From Vicinamibacteria bacterium (GTDB taxonomy: Bacteria > Acidobacteriota > Vicinamibacteria > Marinacidobacterales > Marinacidobacteraceae), in NCBI GenBank assembly GCA_965199715.1, contig CBDATA010000001.1, positions 1 to 64,000 on the forward strand: a DNA stretch of 64,000 nucleotides, read 5' to 3'. The position numbers were made by a program, and so were the translations under genes. Shown here in pieces: positions 39,487-48,776 of the stretch; within the stretch, counting starts at the first letter, position 1, and every line of letters begins with the position of its first letter. Under the pieces are notes generated by a model. The model was not told the DNA's origin and searched no databases. It saw only the letters and a program-made list of their open reading frames with translations.

Positions 39487-40647
39487 GTGGCGCTCGGCGC
39501 GGCCCACACCGCGCTGGTCGCGCTGGCGACCGACGCCGTGCTCCCGGCGCTTCCGGCGGTCGCGGGCGAGCTCGGGGCCCAGCGCGCCAACGACGCCCAG
39601 TTCGTGATCACCGCGTTCTTCGCGGGATTCGCGCTCGCGCAACTCGTCGTCGGTCCGCTCTCCGACCGCATCGGCCGGCGGCGGACGCTCCAGGGCGGCC
39701 TCCTGCTGTTCCTGGTCGGATGTTTCGTGAGCTGGTTCGCCCCAACCTTCGAGATCATGATCTTCGGCCGCGTGCTCCAGGGCGTCGGCGGCGCGGCCGG
39801 ACGGGTGATGGGCCTGACCATCGTGCGCGACCTGTTCGTGGGCCGCGAGATGGCCCGGCTGCTGTCGCTGGTGCTGGCAGTGTTCATCGTGTGTCCCATC
39901 GTGGCGCCGGCGCTCGGTCAGGCGATCGAGACGTCCGGCGGCTGGCGCGCCATCTTCGTCACGTTCGCCGGGTTGACCGCCGCAGTCCTCACCTGGTTCA
40001 CGCTCCGGCAGTCGGAGACGCTGGCGCCCTCGGCGCGCCGGCCGTTCTCGTTCCGCACGATCCTCGGCGGCTTTCGCGAAGTCCTCGGGTACCCGGCCGC
40101 CGTGTCCGCGACGGTCGCCGGAGGCTTCGTCTTCTCCTCGTTCCTGTCGTACCTGAGCACGGCGCCGCAGATCTTCCGGGAGGGCTACGACACCGGCGCC
40201 CTCTTCCCCTTCTGGTTCGGCGTCAACTCGTTCACGCTCGGCTGCGCCGCCATCGCCAACACCAAGCTGGTGATGCGCTTCGGGCGCAGGCGCCTGATCC
40301 GGTTCGCGGGGATGTTCCAGGCCGTGGCGTCGATTCTCGCGCTCGGCCCCACGTTTCTCTACGAAGGGCTGCCGCCGTTTTGGTTCTTCATGGTCTGGAT
40401 GACCTGCATGTTCCTCAGCGCCGGGCTCCTGATGGGCAACCTGAACGCGGTCGCGATGGAGCCGCTCGGACGTCTCGCCGGCCTCGGAGCGGCGTTCGTG
40501 GGAACGGGCAACATGTTCATCGCGCTCCCGCTGGGCGGGCTCGCGGGTCAGTTGTTCAACGGGCGGATGTACTCGGTGATGGGGATCTACGGGTTCTGCG
40601 GCCTGGCCTCGTGGACGGCGATGCGCTGGGGCGCGGCCCGCGCCTAG
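39487..40647 (+). CDS. Bcr/CflA-type MFS transporter
   Basis: D..LPALP, GPLSDRIGRR, RVLQG.G, VRDLF; start approximate. Confidence 0.85.
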   Translation: MALGAAHTALVALATDAVLPALPAVAGELGAQRANDAQFVITAFFAGFALAQLVVGPLSDRIGRRRTLQGGLLLFLVGCFVSWFAPTFEIMIFGRVLQGVGGAAGRVMGLTIVRDLFVGREMARLLSLVLAVFIVCPIVAPALGQAIETSGGWRAIFVTFAGLTAAVLTWFTLRQSETLAPSARRPFSFRTILGGFREVLGYPAAVSATVAGGFVFSSFLSYLSTAPQIFREGYDTGALFPFWFGVNSFTLGCAAIANTKLVMRFGRRRLIRFAGMFQAVASILALGPTFLYEGLPPFWFFMVWMTCMFLSAGLLMGNLNAVAMEPLGRLAGLGAAFVGTGNMFIALPLGGLAGQLFNGRMYSVMGIYGFCGLASWTAMRWGAARA

Positions 40648-41630
40648 AGCTCCACCACCGTACCGAACCCGAGCTCCTCGGCGCGGGCGAGCGCGGCGGC
40701 GCCCACCGCGACGTCCTGCGCCGCGGTTCCCACGGTCTTGAAGAGCACCGGACCTCCCTCGGGGCGGGGCGCGGTTCCCGCCGCGATCTCGCCGATTTCG
40801 GCGAGGACGTGCGACTGGTCGATGAGCCCGGCGTCGCGGGGGCGGATGAGGTCGCCGGCCTCCTCCCAGCAGGACTCGCGGTGGTCCACCACGACCCGCG
40901 CCCGCGCCACCGTCTCCGGCGGGATGATCTGCATCTCGGGAGTGAACGAGCCCACGGCGTTGACGTGGGCCGTGGAACGCAGCGCGCCGTCCGGGAACAC
41001 CGGCGTCGTCGCCGTCGTGGCCTCGGCGATCACGTCCGCCGCCGCCACGGCGTCGGCCGCGCTGGAAGCGGGCTCCACCGGAATCCCGAGGCGCTCGCCC
41101 ATCTCGGCGGCGAACGCCGCGCTGGCCGTCGGAACCACGTCGAAGACGAACACCCGACGGATCGAGGGGCGGGCGGTCACCATCGCCTCCAACTGGGTGC
41201 GCGCCTGCACGCCGGCGCCCAGCACCGCCGCGGTCGCGACGTCCTCGGGAGCCAGCTCGGCGGTCGCGACTCCCGACGCCGCGCCGGTGCGGATCGCGGT
41301 CAGGGTTCCGCCCTCGAGCGCGCCGAGCGGAACTCCGGTCGCGGCGTCGAGCACGAGCACCAGCGCGTGGATCGTGGGGAGCGACGGCGCCAGCCCGGGA
41401 TTGCCGGGAAAGACCGAGACGATCTTGGTCGCGAGTTGCCCGGGTCCTTCCAGATACGCGGGCATGTGAAGGCTGATCCCGCCGCTCGGCGCGATCGGGA
41501 TCTGGGTGCGCACCGGCATCGCCGCACGCCCGGCGGAAAGCTCGATGAAGGCTTCGCGCACGATGCGGATGGCGTCCGCCATGGGCAGCGCCCGGCGGAC
41601 TTCGGCGGCGGAGAGCAGTCGCAGTCGCAT
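40644..41630 (-). CDS. Ornithine cyclodeaminase/mu-crystallin family protein
   Basis: LTAIRTGAASG.AT, GAGVQA, HVNAVGS, FKTVG.A.QD. Confidence 0.9.
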   Translation of the reverse strand: MRLRLLSAAEVRRALPMADAIRIVREAFIELSAGRAAMPVRTQIPIAPSGGISLHMPAYLEGPGQLATKIVSVFPGNPGLAPSLPTIHALVLVLDAATGVPLGALEGGTLTAIRTGAASGVATAELAPEDVATAAVLGAGVQARTQLEAMVTARPSIRRVFVFDVVPTASAAFAAEMGERLGIPVEPASSAADAVAAADVIAEATTATTPVFPDGALRSTAHVNAVGSFTPEMQIIPPETVARARVVVDHRESCWEEAGDLIRPRDAGLIDQSHVLAEIGEIAAGTAPRPEGGPVLFKTVGTAAQDVAVGAAALARAEELGFGTVVEL

Positions 41631-41679
41631 GGCCGGGTTCTATCAGAAGCGCGTCCGCGCCCGTGCGATAATTCGAGCG

Positions 41680-42564
41680 ATGCGCGGCGTCTATTCGGTC
41701 CTTCCCACCCCCTTCTCACCCGACGGGTCGTTCGACGAGGCTAGCCTGGGGCGCGTCATCCGGCTCTTCCTCGACGACGGCGTCTCCGGGTTCACCGCGC
41801 TCGGCGTGACGAGCGAGGTCGCCCGAATCTCCGACGACGAGCGGGCGCGCATCCTCGACGCCAGCATGCGGGCCGTGGACGGCGCGGTTCCGGTGATCGT
41901 CGGCGCGACCGGGCCGGGACTGGACGTCTCGAGGGAGCGCTGCCGGCAGGCGGAGCGAGCCGGGGCCGCCGGAGTCATGGTCTCGCCCCCGCGCGCGCCT
42001 CGGTGCAACTCGGCGGGCGTGCTGCGCCACTTCCGGGAGCTGGCCGAGGCCATCGACATCCCGATCGTGATCCAGGACTTCCCGCCGATCTCCGGGTTCC
42101 ACATGGAGGCCGAGCTCCTCGCGCGGATCTGCCGCGAGGTTCCGTCGGCGCGGATCATCAAGCTGGAGGACGCGCCGACTCCCTACAAGGCGGCGCGCAT
42201 CCGGGAGCTGACGCCGGACCTGAAGATCGGGATCTTCGGCGGGCTCGGCGGGGCGTATCTGCTGGAGGAGCTCATTTCCGGCGCCACCGGGGCCATGACC
42301 GGCTTCGCCTACCCCCGGTTCCTCGTCGAGATCGTGAACCAGTGGGACGCCGGGGACCGGGACGGCGCCGCCGTGACGTTCTACAGGTACGCGGCGCTCA
42401 TGCGGTTCGAGTTCCAAGAGGGCGTCGGGATGCCGATCCGCAAGGAAATGCTCCGCCGCCGGGGCGCGATCGCCCATCCCGGCGCCCGGGTTCCGGCGCC
42501 GACGCTGGACGCGCCGACGGTCGAGGCGCTCGACCGCATCCTGGCGCATTTCGGGCTGGACTGA
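41680..42564 (+). CDS. Dihydrodipicolinate synthase family protein
   Basis: GVY..LPTPF..DG, G.TSE, IIKLED. Confidence 0.85.
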   Translation: MRGVYSVLPTPFSPDGSFDEASLGRVIRLFLDDGVSGFTALGVTSEVARISDDERARILDASMRAVDGAVPVIVGATGPGLDVSRERCRQAERAGAAGVMVSPPRAPRCNSAGVLRHFRELAEAIDIPIVIQDFPPISGFHMEAELLARICREVPSARIIKLEDAPTPYKAARIRELTPDLKIGIFGGLGGAYLLEELISGATGAMTGFAYPRFLVEIVNQWDAGDRDGAAVTFYRYAALMRFEFQEGVGMPIRKEMLRRRGAIAHPGARVPAPTLDAPTVEALDRILAHFGLD

Positions 42565-42583
42565 TTCCTGGACGGAGCCTGGG

Positions 42584-43486
42584 ATGGCGCTCCTGAACCG
42601 GCTGGTCGTCAACGTCCTGCCGATCCTGCCGAGGGCGGCGGTCGCGCCCTTCGCCCGGCCGTACGTCGCCGGCGAGTCGGTCGCGGACGTGGTGCGCGTG
42701 ACGAAGGAACTGAACGATCAGGGGCTCCATGTCGCCCTCAGCCAGCTCGGCGAATTCGTGACCCGGCGCGAGGAGTCCGAGAGCGCGGTCCGCATCTACC
42801 TCGACCTTCTGGACGAGCTGGAGCGGCAGGGGCTCAAGGCGTACGTGCACGTGAAGCCGACGCACCTCGGGCTGGAGCTGGACTACGGCTTCTGCCGGGA
42901 GCAGGTGCGGGCGGTGCTGGACCGCGCCCGGGAGCGGGGCGGGCGGTTCATCCGCATGGACATGGAGGACAGCCCCCGGATCCAGCCGACGCTCGACCTG
43001 TACCGGGATCTGCGGCGCGAGTTCGAGAACTTCGGTGTGGTGCTGCAAGCGCGGATGCGGCGGAGCCTCGCCGACGCCCGCGACCTCGCCGCGCTGGGCG
43101 CCAACGTGCGCGTGTGCAAGGGCGTCTATCTGGAACCGCCGGACCTCGCGCACCAGGACCCGGACACGATCCGCGAGAACTACCTCTCGATCCTGCGGGA
43201 ACTGCTCGCGGCCGGTTGCGAGGTCGGAATCGCCACCCACGACGAGTGGCTGGTGCTGCGGGCGGAGCGCATCCTCGAGGAACTGGGGACCCCGCCGAAG
43301 CGCTACGAGTTCCAGATGCTCCACGGCGTGCGTCCCGGGTTCCGCAAGGTGGTGCGCGAGGCCGGGCACCGGATCCGGGTCGGAGTCCCCTTCGGACCCG
43401 ACTGGCTGCCCTACTCGCTGCGGCGACTGCGCAAGAACCCGGACATCGCCGGCCACGTGATGCGCGCCGTCTTCTCGCGCGGCTGA
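42584..43486 (+). CDS. Monofunctional proline dehydrogenase
   Basis: YVAGE, RMDMED, VRVCKG.Y.E, IATHD, EFQML.G. Confidence 0.88.
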   Translation: MALLNRLVVNVLPILPRAAVAPFARPYVAGESVADVVRVTKELNDQGLHVALSQLGEFVTRREESESAVRIYLDLLDELERQGLKAYVHVKPTHLGLELDYGFCREQVRAVLDRARERGGRFIRMDMEDSPRIQPTLDLYRDLRREFENFGVVLQARMRRSLADARDLAALGANVRVCKGVYLEPPDLAHQDPDTIRENYLSILRELLAAGCEVGIATHDEWLVLRAERILEELGTPPKRYEFQMLHGVRPGFRKVVREAGHRIRVGVPFGPDWLPYSLRRLRKNPDIAGHVMRAVFSRG

Positions 43487-43519
43487 GCGTCCCGGCCGGA
43501 CGGATAGACTGGCCGGCCC

Positions 43520-44500
43520 ATGGTGCTCATCCTTTCGGAACGGGACGTCGCCGAGGTTCTCTCGATGGGAGACGCGGTCCGGCTGCTCGAGGAATCCTTT
43601 CGGCAACACGCGCAGGGGCGGACCTCGCTCGCGCCACGGCTGGTCATGCCGCTCGAGGGCGACGCGGGCAACTTCCGCATCATGGCGGCGGTGCTCCCCG
43701 ACCGGAACGCCTTCGGGCTGAAAACGCTCACCGGCACTCCCGGCAAGCGCGCCCCCGAGGACACCTGGTTCGCGTTGCTCCATTTCGACTGGACGACGGG
43801 CGCACTGCGCGCGGTGATCCCCGGCGGGACCATCACCGGCACCCGTACCGGCGCGGCGAGCGGGGTCGCGACCCGACACCTGGCGCGGGAGGACGCCTCG
43901 ACGCTCGGGCTCATCGGGGCCGGCTTCCAGGGCCGGAACCAGGTGGCGGCGGTGCGCGAGGTCCGCGACATCCGCCGGATCCGGATCCATGACGCGGTTC
44001 CCGCCGCGGCGGCCGCATACGCCGAGGAACTGCGGGCGGACGGGGTCGAGGCCGAAGTCGTGGACACGGCCGAGGAAGCGGTCCGGGGCAGCGACGTCGC
44101 GTGCGCCGCGACCACGACGAAGAAGCCGGTGATCGAGGCGGATTGGCTCGAGCCCGGCATGCACGTGAACTCGGTCGGCGCCAACGCGCCGGTGAAGCGC
44201 GAGGTCGCGGGAGCGGTCTTCGCCCGCTGCCGGGTCGTGCCCGACTTCCAGGCGCAGGTGCTCGAGGAGGCCGGCGACCTCATCGCCGCGGTGCGCGACG
44301 GCGACTTCGCGGTCTCCGACATCCACGCCGAACTCGGAGACGTGGTCGCGGGCAAGGCGCCCGGCCGGGAAGGCGACGAGATCACGCTCTTCAAGTCGGT
44401 GGGCGTGGCCATCGAGGACGTGGCGTGCGCGGCGCACGTCTACGAGCAGGCGCTCGCCCGGGGCCTCGGCCAGCGGGCGGACCTCAAGGGCGGCGCGTGA
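43520..44500 (+). CDS. Ornithine cyclodeaminase/mu-crystallin family protein
   Basis: ITG.RTGAASG.AT, GAG.Q, HVNSVGA, FKSVG.AIED. Confidence 0.9.
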   Translation: MVLILSERDVAEVLSMGDAVRLLEESFRQHAQGRTSLAPRLVMPLEGDAGNFRIMAAVLPDRNAFGLKTLTGTPGKRAPEDTWFALLHFDWTTGALRAVIPGGTITGTRTGAASGVATRHLAREDASTLGLIGAGFQGRNQVAAVREVRDIRRIRIHDAVPAAAAAYAEELRADGVEAEVVDTAEEAVRGSDVACAATTTKKPVIEADWLEPGMHVNSVGANAPVKREVAGAVFARCRVVPDFQAQVLEEAGDLIAAVRDGDFAVSDIHAELGDVVAGKAPGREGDEITLFKSVGVAIEDVACAAHVYEQALARGLGQRADLKGGA

Positions 44501-45969
44501 TGTCCGGCTCCCCGGCGCGCTTCAGCTCGACGTGGGCGGTGCTGCTCGCCACCATCGGCATGGCGGTGGGGACCGGGAACATCTGGCGTTTCCCCCGCAT
44601 CGCGGCGCAAAACGGCGGCGGCGAGTTCCTGATCCCGTGGCTGATCTTCCTCGTGCTGTGGGCGATCCCGCTGCTGCTCGCCGAGTTCGCGCTGGGGAAG
44701 CGATCCCGCCGCAGCCCGTCCGCCGCGATCGGCCTCGCCGCGGGCGGCGGGCGGAATTGGATGGGCCTGTTCGTGGGGTTGGTGACCGTCCTGATCACCT
44801 TCTATTACTCGGTGGTCGTGGGCTGGTGCCTGAAGTACCTCGTGGCGTCGGCCAGCGGGCAGCTCCGGGGCGCCGACATGGAAGCCGTCTGGGACGGATT
44901 CCGCCTCGGGGGCGTGGAGCCGCTGCTCTACCACGGGGTCGCCGTGGCGGTCACGTCGCTCATCATCTACCGCGGGGTCTCGGGCGGCATCGAGAAGGTG
45001 AACCGATTCCTGATCCCGACGCTGTTCGTCCTGCTCGTCGGGGCGGCGATCCGGGCGCTCACCCTCCCCGGCGCCGCCGAGGGGCTCCGGTTCCTCTTCG
45101 TGCCGGATCTCGCCAACCTCGCCGACTACCGGATCTGGCTGGCCGCGCTGACGCAGACCGCGTGGAGCACGGGCGCCGGGTGGGGTCTGGTGATCGTGCT
45201 CGGGAGTTACGTCCGCAGCGATCAGGGCTTCGTACGCACCGGGATCCTCTCCGCGCTCTCGAACAACGTGGCCTCGCTGCTCGCCGGGGTCGCGGTCATC
45301 GGCTCGGTGTACGCGCTGAGCGCGTCGGACGAGGCCCGCGCGGCGGCCTTCGGCGCCGGCAACGAGGGGCTGACCTTCCTGTGGTTGCCGCGGCTGTTCG
45401 AGGCCATGCCCGGCGGCGGGATCATGCTCCCGCTGTTCTTCCTCGCGCTCTCCTGCGCCGCCATCTCGTCGTTCGTGACGCAGCTCGAACTCGTGAACCG
45501 GATGGTCATGGACCTCGGCGTCCCGCGGAAGCGCTCGGTGCCGGCGGTGGCGGTCATCACCTTCGCCTGCGGGATCCCGTCGGCGATCGCCGTTGGGTTC
45601 TTCAACAACCAGGACTGGACCTGGGGGGCCGGGCTGATGGTGTCCGGGCTGTTCGTCGCGCTCACCGTGGTCCGCGCCGGCGCCCCGAAGTTCCGCCGGG
45701 AGTACCTGAGCGGGCCGCACGAGGAATGGCGGGTCGGCCGGTGGTTCGACGTCCTCATCACGTGGGTCGTGCCGCTCGAGTTCATCGCGCTCATCACCTG
45801 GTGGGTCATCGAGGCCGTGCGGGGATCGGGGGGAGACTGGATGGATCCGTTCGGGCTCACCGTGGGCACGGTGGCGGTCCAGGTGGGTCTCCTCGTGGGG
45901 CTTTGCCTGCTCGTGAACCGGCCGGTCTGGAACCGCGTGCGCACGGCCTCGTCCGAAGCCGACGACTGA
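44500..45969 (+). CDS. Sodium-dependent transporter (NSS/SNF family)
   Basis: GMAVGTGNIWRFP..A.QNGGG.FLIP. Confidence 0.92.
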   Translation: MSGSPARFSSTWAVLLATIGMAVGTGNIWRFPRIAAQNGGGEFLIPWLIFLVLWAIPLLLAEFALGKRSRRSPSAAIGLAAGGGRNWMGLFVGLVTVLITFYYSVVVGWCLKYLVASASGQLRGADMEAVWDGFRLGGVEPLLYHGVAVAVTSLIIYRGVSGGIEKVNRFLIPTLFVLLVGAAIRALTLPGAAEGLRFLFVPDLANLADYRIWLAALTQTAWSTGAGWGLVIVLGSYVRSDQGFVRTGILSALSNNVASLLAGVAVIGSVYALSASDEARAAAFGAGNEGLTFLWLPRLFEAMPGGGIMLPLFFLALSCAAISSFVTQLELVNRMVMDLGVPRKRSVPAVAVITFACGIPSAIAVGFFNNQDWTWGAGLMVSGLFVALTVVRAGAPKFRREYLSGPHEEWRVGRWFDVLITWVVPLEFIALITWWVIEAVRGSGGDWMDPFGLTVGTVAVQVGLLVGLCLLVNRPVWNRVRTASSEADD

Positions 45970-45973
45970 GCCT

Positions 45974-47245
45974 TTGCGGCTCGCCGAACCGGACCGGGCG
46001 GCGCTCGCCGGCGATCGCGGCGAGGCCGCCCGGCTCGCGATGCGGATCCTCGTGCGGATGGCCGAGGTGCGCGGCGCGAAGGCCATGCTGGACATCGAGG
46101 GCGCCCACATCGACAGCACGATCTACGTCGGGGACGCCGGGCTCGAGTTCGCCGAGCGGCTCGCCGGCCTCGGCGCCCGGGTGGCGGTGCCCTCGACGCT
46201 GAACGTGAGCGGCCTCGACGAGCACCACTACGGCGACTGGCCCGTTCCCGAGGACTGGGCGGACCGCTCGGCGCGGCAGATGCGGGCCTACGCGTCGATG
46301 GGGACGATCCCGACCTGGACCTGCGCCCCCTACCAGACCGGCCCCCTGCCCCGGTTCGGACAGCAGGTCGCCTGGGGCGAATCCAACGCGGTCTGCTTCG
46401 CCAACTCGGTGATCGGCGCCCGCACCGAGCGCTACCCCGACTTGCTGGACATTTGCGCCGCGATCACGGCCCGGGCGCCCGCCGTCGGCCTGCACCTCGA
46501 GGAGAACCGGCGCGCCACGCGGGTGCTGGAGCTTTCCGGCGCGCCCGAATCGCTCGCCCGGACGGACGACTTCTGGCCGGTGCTCGGCCACGTCCTCGGC
46601 GGATTCGCGGAGGAGGCCGTCGTCGCGCTCGACGGGCTGCCGGCGGCGCCCGACGAGGACCAGTTGAAGGCGCTCGGCGCGGCGGCCGCCTCGTCGGGGG
46701 CGGTGGCGCTGTTCCACATTCCGGGCGTGACCCCCGAGGCCCCGACGCTCGGGGACGCGCTCGGCGGGCGCTCGCCCGACGTCGTCCGGAGGGTCGGCCG
46801 CGAAGCGCTCGTCGAGGCCCGGCGCGAGCTCGGGGGCGACGACGACGGCCCGCTGGACATGGTCGTGCTCGGCAGTCCGCACTTCTCGCTCGCGGAGTTC
46901 CGGAAGCTGGCCGCCGAGATCGACGCCCGGGGCGGCGAGCGGAGCCCCGGATGCGAGTTTCTCGTGACCACGAGCCGCATCGTCCGGGACTTGGCCGAGC
47001 GCGCCGGGTTCCTCGAGCCGCTGCGCCGTTTCGGCGGGAAGCTCACCGTCGATACCTGCATCCTCGCCACGCCGATGCTCGCGAGCTCGGTGCGCCGGAT
47101 CATGACCAACTCCGCGAAGTACGCCTGGTACGCGCCGGGGCTGCTCAGCACGGGCGTGGCCTTCGGCGGCCTCGGCGAGTGCGTGGAGTCGGCGAAGCGG
47201 GGCCGCGTCGTGCGCGAGCCCGGGCCGTGGAACGGACCGGAATGA
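45974..47245 (+). CDS. Aconitase X catalytic subunit (DUF521)
   Basis: AHID, TCAPY, AWGESNAV.FANSV.GART, GSPH.S, DTC, TNSAK. Confidence 0.9.
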   Translation: MRLAEPDRAALAGDRGEAARLAMRILVRMAEVRGAKAMLDIEGAHIDSTIYVGDAGLEFAERLAGLGARVAVPSTLNVSGLDEHHYGDWPVPEDWADRSARQMRAYASMGTIPTWTCAPYQTGPLPRFGQQVAWGESNAVCFANSVIGARTERYPDLLDICAAITARAPAVGLHLEENRRATRVLELSGAPESLARTDDFWPVLGHVLGGFAEEAVVALDGLPAAPDEDQLKALGAAAASSGAVALFHIPGVTPEAPTLGDALGGRSPDVVRRVGREALVEARRELGGDDDGPLDMVVLGSPHFSLAEFRKLAAEIDARGGERSPGCEFLVTTSRIVRDLAERAGFLEPLRRFGGKLTVDTCILATPMLASSVRRIMTNSAKYAWYAPGLLSTGVAFGGLGECVESAKRGRVVREPGPWNGPE

Positions 47246-47670
47246 AGCGCGTCAGGCGCAGCGTCAGGGGCAAGGCGGTGGTCGCCGGCCGAGCGAAGGG
47301 AGCGGTGCTCCACGCTACCGAGCCGCTCAGCTTCTGGGGCGGGTACGACGCCGCGACTGGGCGGATCACCGACACGCGCCATCCGCTCGCCGGGCGTTCC
47401 GCCGCCGGGGCGGTGCTCGCGATTCCGGCGACGCGGGGCTCCTCCACCACGACCGCCGTGCTGCTCGAAGCCATCCGCCGGGAGACCGCGCCGGCGGCGC
47501 TCGTCACCCGCGAGGTCGATTCCTTCCTCGCGCTCGCCTGCATCGTCGGCGAGGAGCTCTACGGATGCTCTCCGGCGGTGGTCGCCGCCGGAGCGGCGTT
47601 CGACGCGCTCGCCAACTGGGGCGAAGCGGTTGTCGAGGACGGCGCGATCGAACGCGCCGACCGTCCATGA
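47242..47670 (+). CDS. Aconitase X swivel subunit (DUF126)
   Basis: PLSFWGG.D..TG.I.D..HPL.G, RGSS. Confidence 0.88.
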   Translation: MKRVRRSVRGKAVVAGRAKGAVLHATEPLSFWGGYDAATGRITDTRHPLAGRSAAGAVLAIPATRGSSTTTAVLLEAIRRETAPAALVTREVDSFLALACIVGEELYGCSPAVVAAGAAFDALANWGEAVVEDGAIERADRP

Positions 47671-47675
47671 CCCGA

Positions 47676-48263
47676 TCACGCCGGGGTCCACGCGCCGGCG
47701 CGGCGGCGTTCGAGCCGGATGCGGCCGGTGACCCCGAAGATCACGACCGCATAAGCTGCGCCGGCGCCGCTGACGACGATGCGCCCCGAGCCGGACGTGC
47801 CGAACGGCGTGAAGGAAACCATGTCGGCGAACCCGATCTGGCGGCCCGGAGCGGCTTCGCCGCCCTCGTCGTCGGCGGGAGCCCCGAGGCGGACTCCCGG
47901 GTAGCGGTCGCTGAACCGCCATGGCGGGACCAGCGCTCGCTCGACCCCGGCCTCGATCTCGCGGCGGGAGACGCCGTTCGCGTTCGCGTCCAGATAGACG
48001 CCGATCCACGGGCTCTCCGGATCTTCCGGTCCGGGTTGTCCGGGCGGGTCGAACACCACGGCGACGTTCGCGGCGCGGGAGCCGGCCTCGGCGCGCGCCT
48101 TCTGGAACAGCGTGCGGAGCCCGAGCGCGGCGGCGTGGACCCGCTGCGCCCGGAGCCCGTCGAGGATCGGCGGCAGGGAGATTCCGGCTAGCGTTCCGAG
48201 CACCGCGAGCGCGACCAGCAGTTCCGTGAGCGTGAACCCGCTGGACCGGCCCGGCCCGGTCAC
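47676..48263 (-). CDS. Prepilin-type (GspH/FimT-like) protein
   Basis: GFTLTELLVALAVLG N-methylation motif. Confidence 0.8.
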   Translation of the reverse strand: MTGPGRSSGFTLTELLVALAVLGTLAGISLPPILDGLRAQRVHAAALGLRTLFQKARAEAGSRAANVAVVFDPPGQPGPEDPESPWIGVYLDANANGVSRREIEAGVERALVPPWRFSDRYPGVRLGAPADDEGGEAAPGRQIGFADMVSFTPFGTSGSGRIVVSGAGAAYAVVIFGVTGRIRLERRRAGAWTPA

Positions 48264-48559
48264 CAGCCGTCGTCGCCGGCGGAGTCCCCCACCTTGACGT
48301 GGGGCCGGATGCGCTCGAACGTCCGCTCGCCGATCCCCTGCACGTTCATGAGCTCCTCGATGCGTGAGAACGGACCGTTCTCCTCGCGCCACTCGACGAT
48401 CCGCAAGGCCGTCACCTTGCCGACCCGCGGAAGCTCGACGAGCTCCTCGGCGGTGGCGGTGTTGATGTCGATGGGCTGCGCCGGTTGGAACGCGGAGGCC
48501 CCAGCGGCGAGCGAAAGGGCGAGGACGACTGCGCCCGCCAGCATGAAGATCCGATGCAT
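48260..48559 (-). CDS. comEA: ComEA-family helix-hairpin-helix DNA-binding protein
   Basis: IDINTATAEEL..LP.VG...A.RIV..R..NGPF...EEL..V.GIG. Confidence 0.88.
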   Translation of the reverse strand: MHRIFMLAGAVVLALSLAAGASAFQPAQPIDINTATAEELVELPRVGKVTALRIVEWREENGPFSRIEELMNVQGIGERTFERIRPHVKVGDSAGDDGW

Positions 48560-48776
48560 GAACTCCTCCTCGGGAATCTCGGAATGGGATGCGCCGGAAT
48601 GTCCGGCCATGCTGGATGCGCAACCGGCGGACCAGTCGCGGTCGATTCCTTCAAATCATTGACACGGAGTGTCTTGCGGACATCTCGCGCCGCCCTCGGC
48701 GGAGGCCGGCATCAACCGATGTTGACGGCTTGCGTCAAGCGCAGTGGACGACCGTCCACGCCGGTTGACGAAGCGG

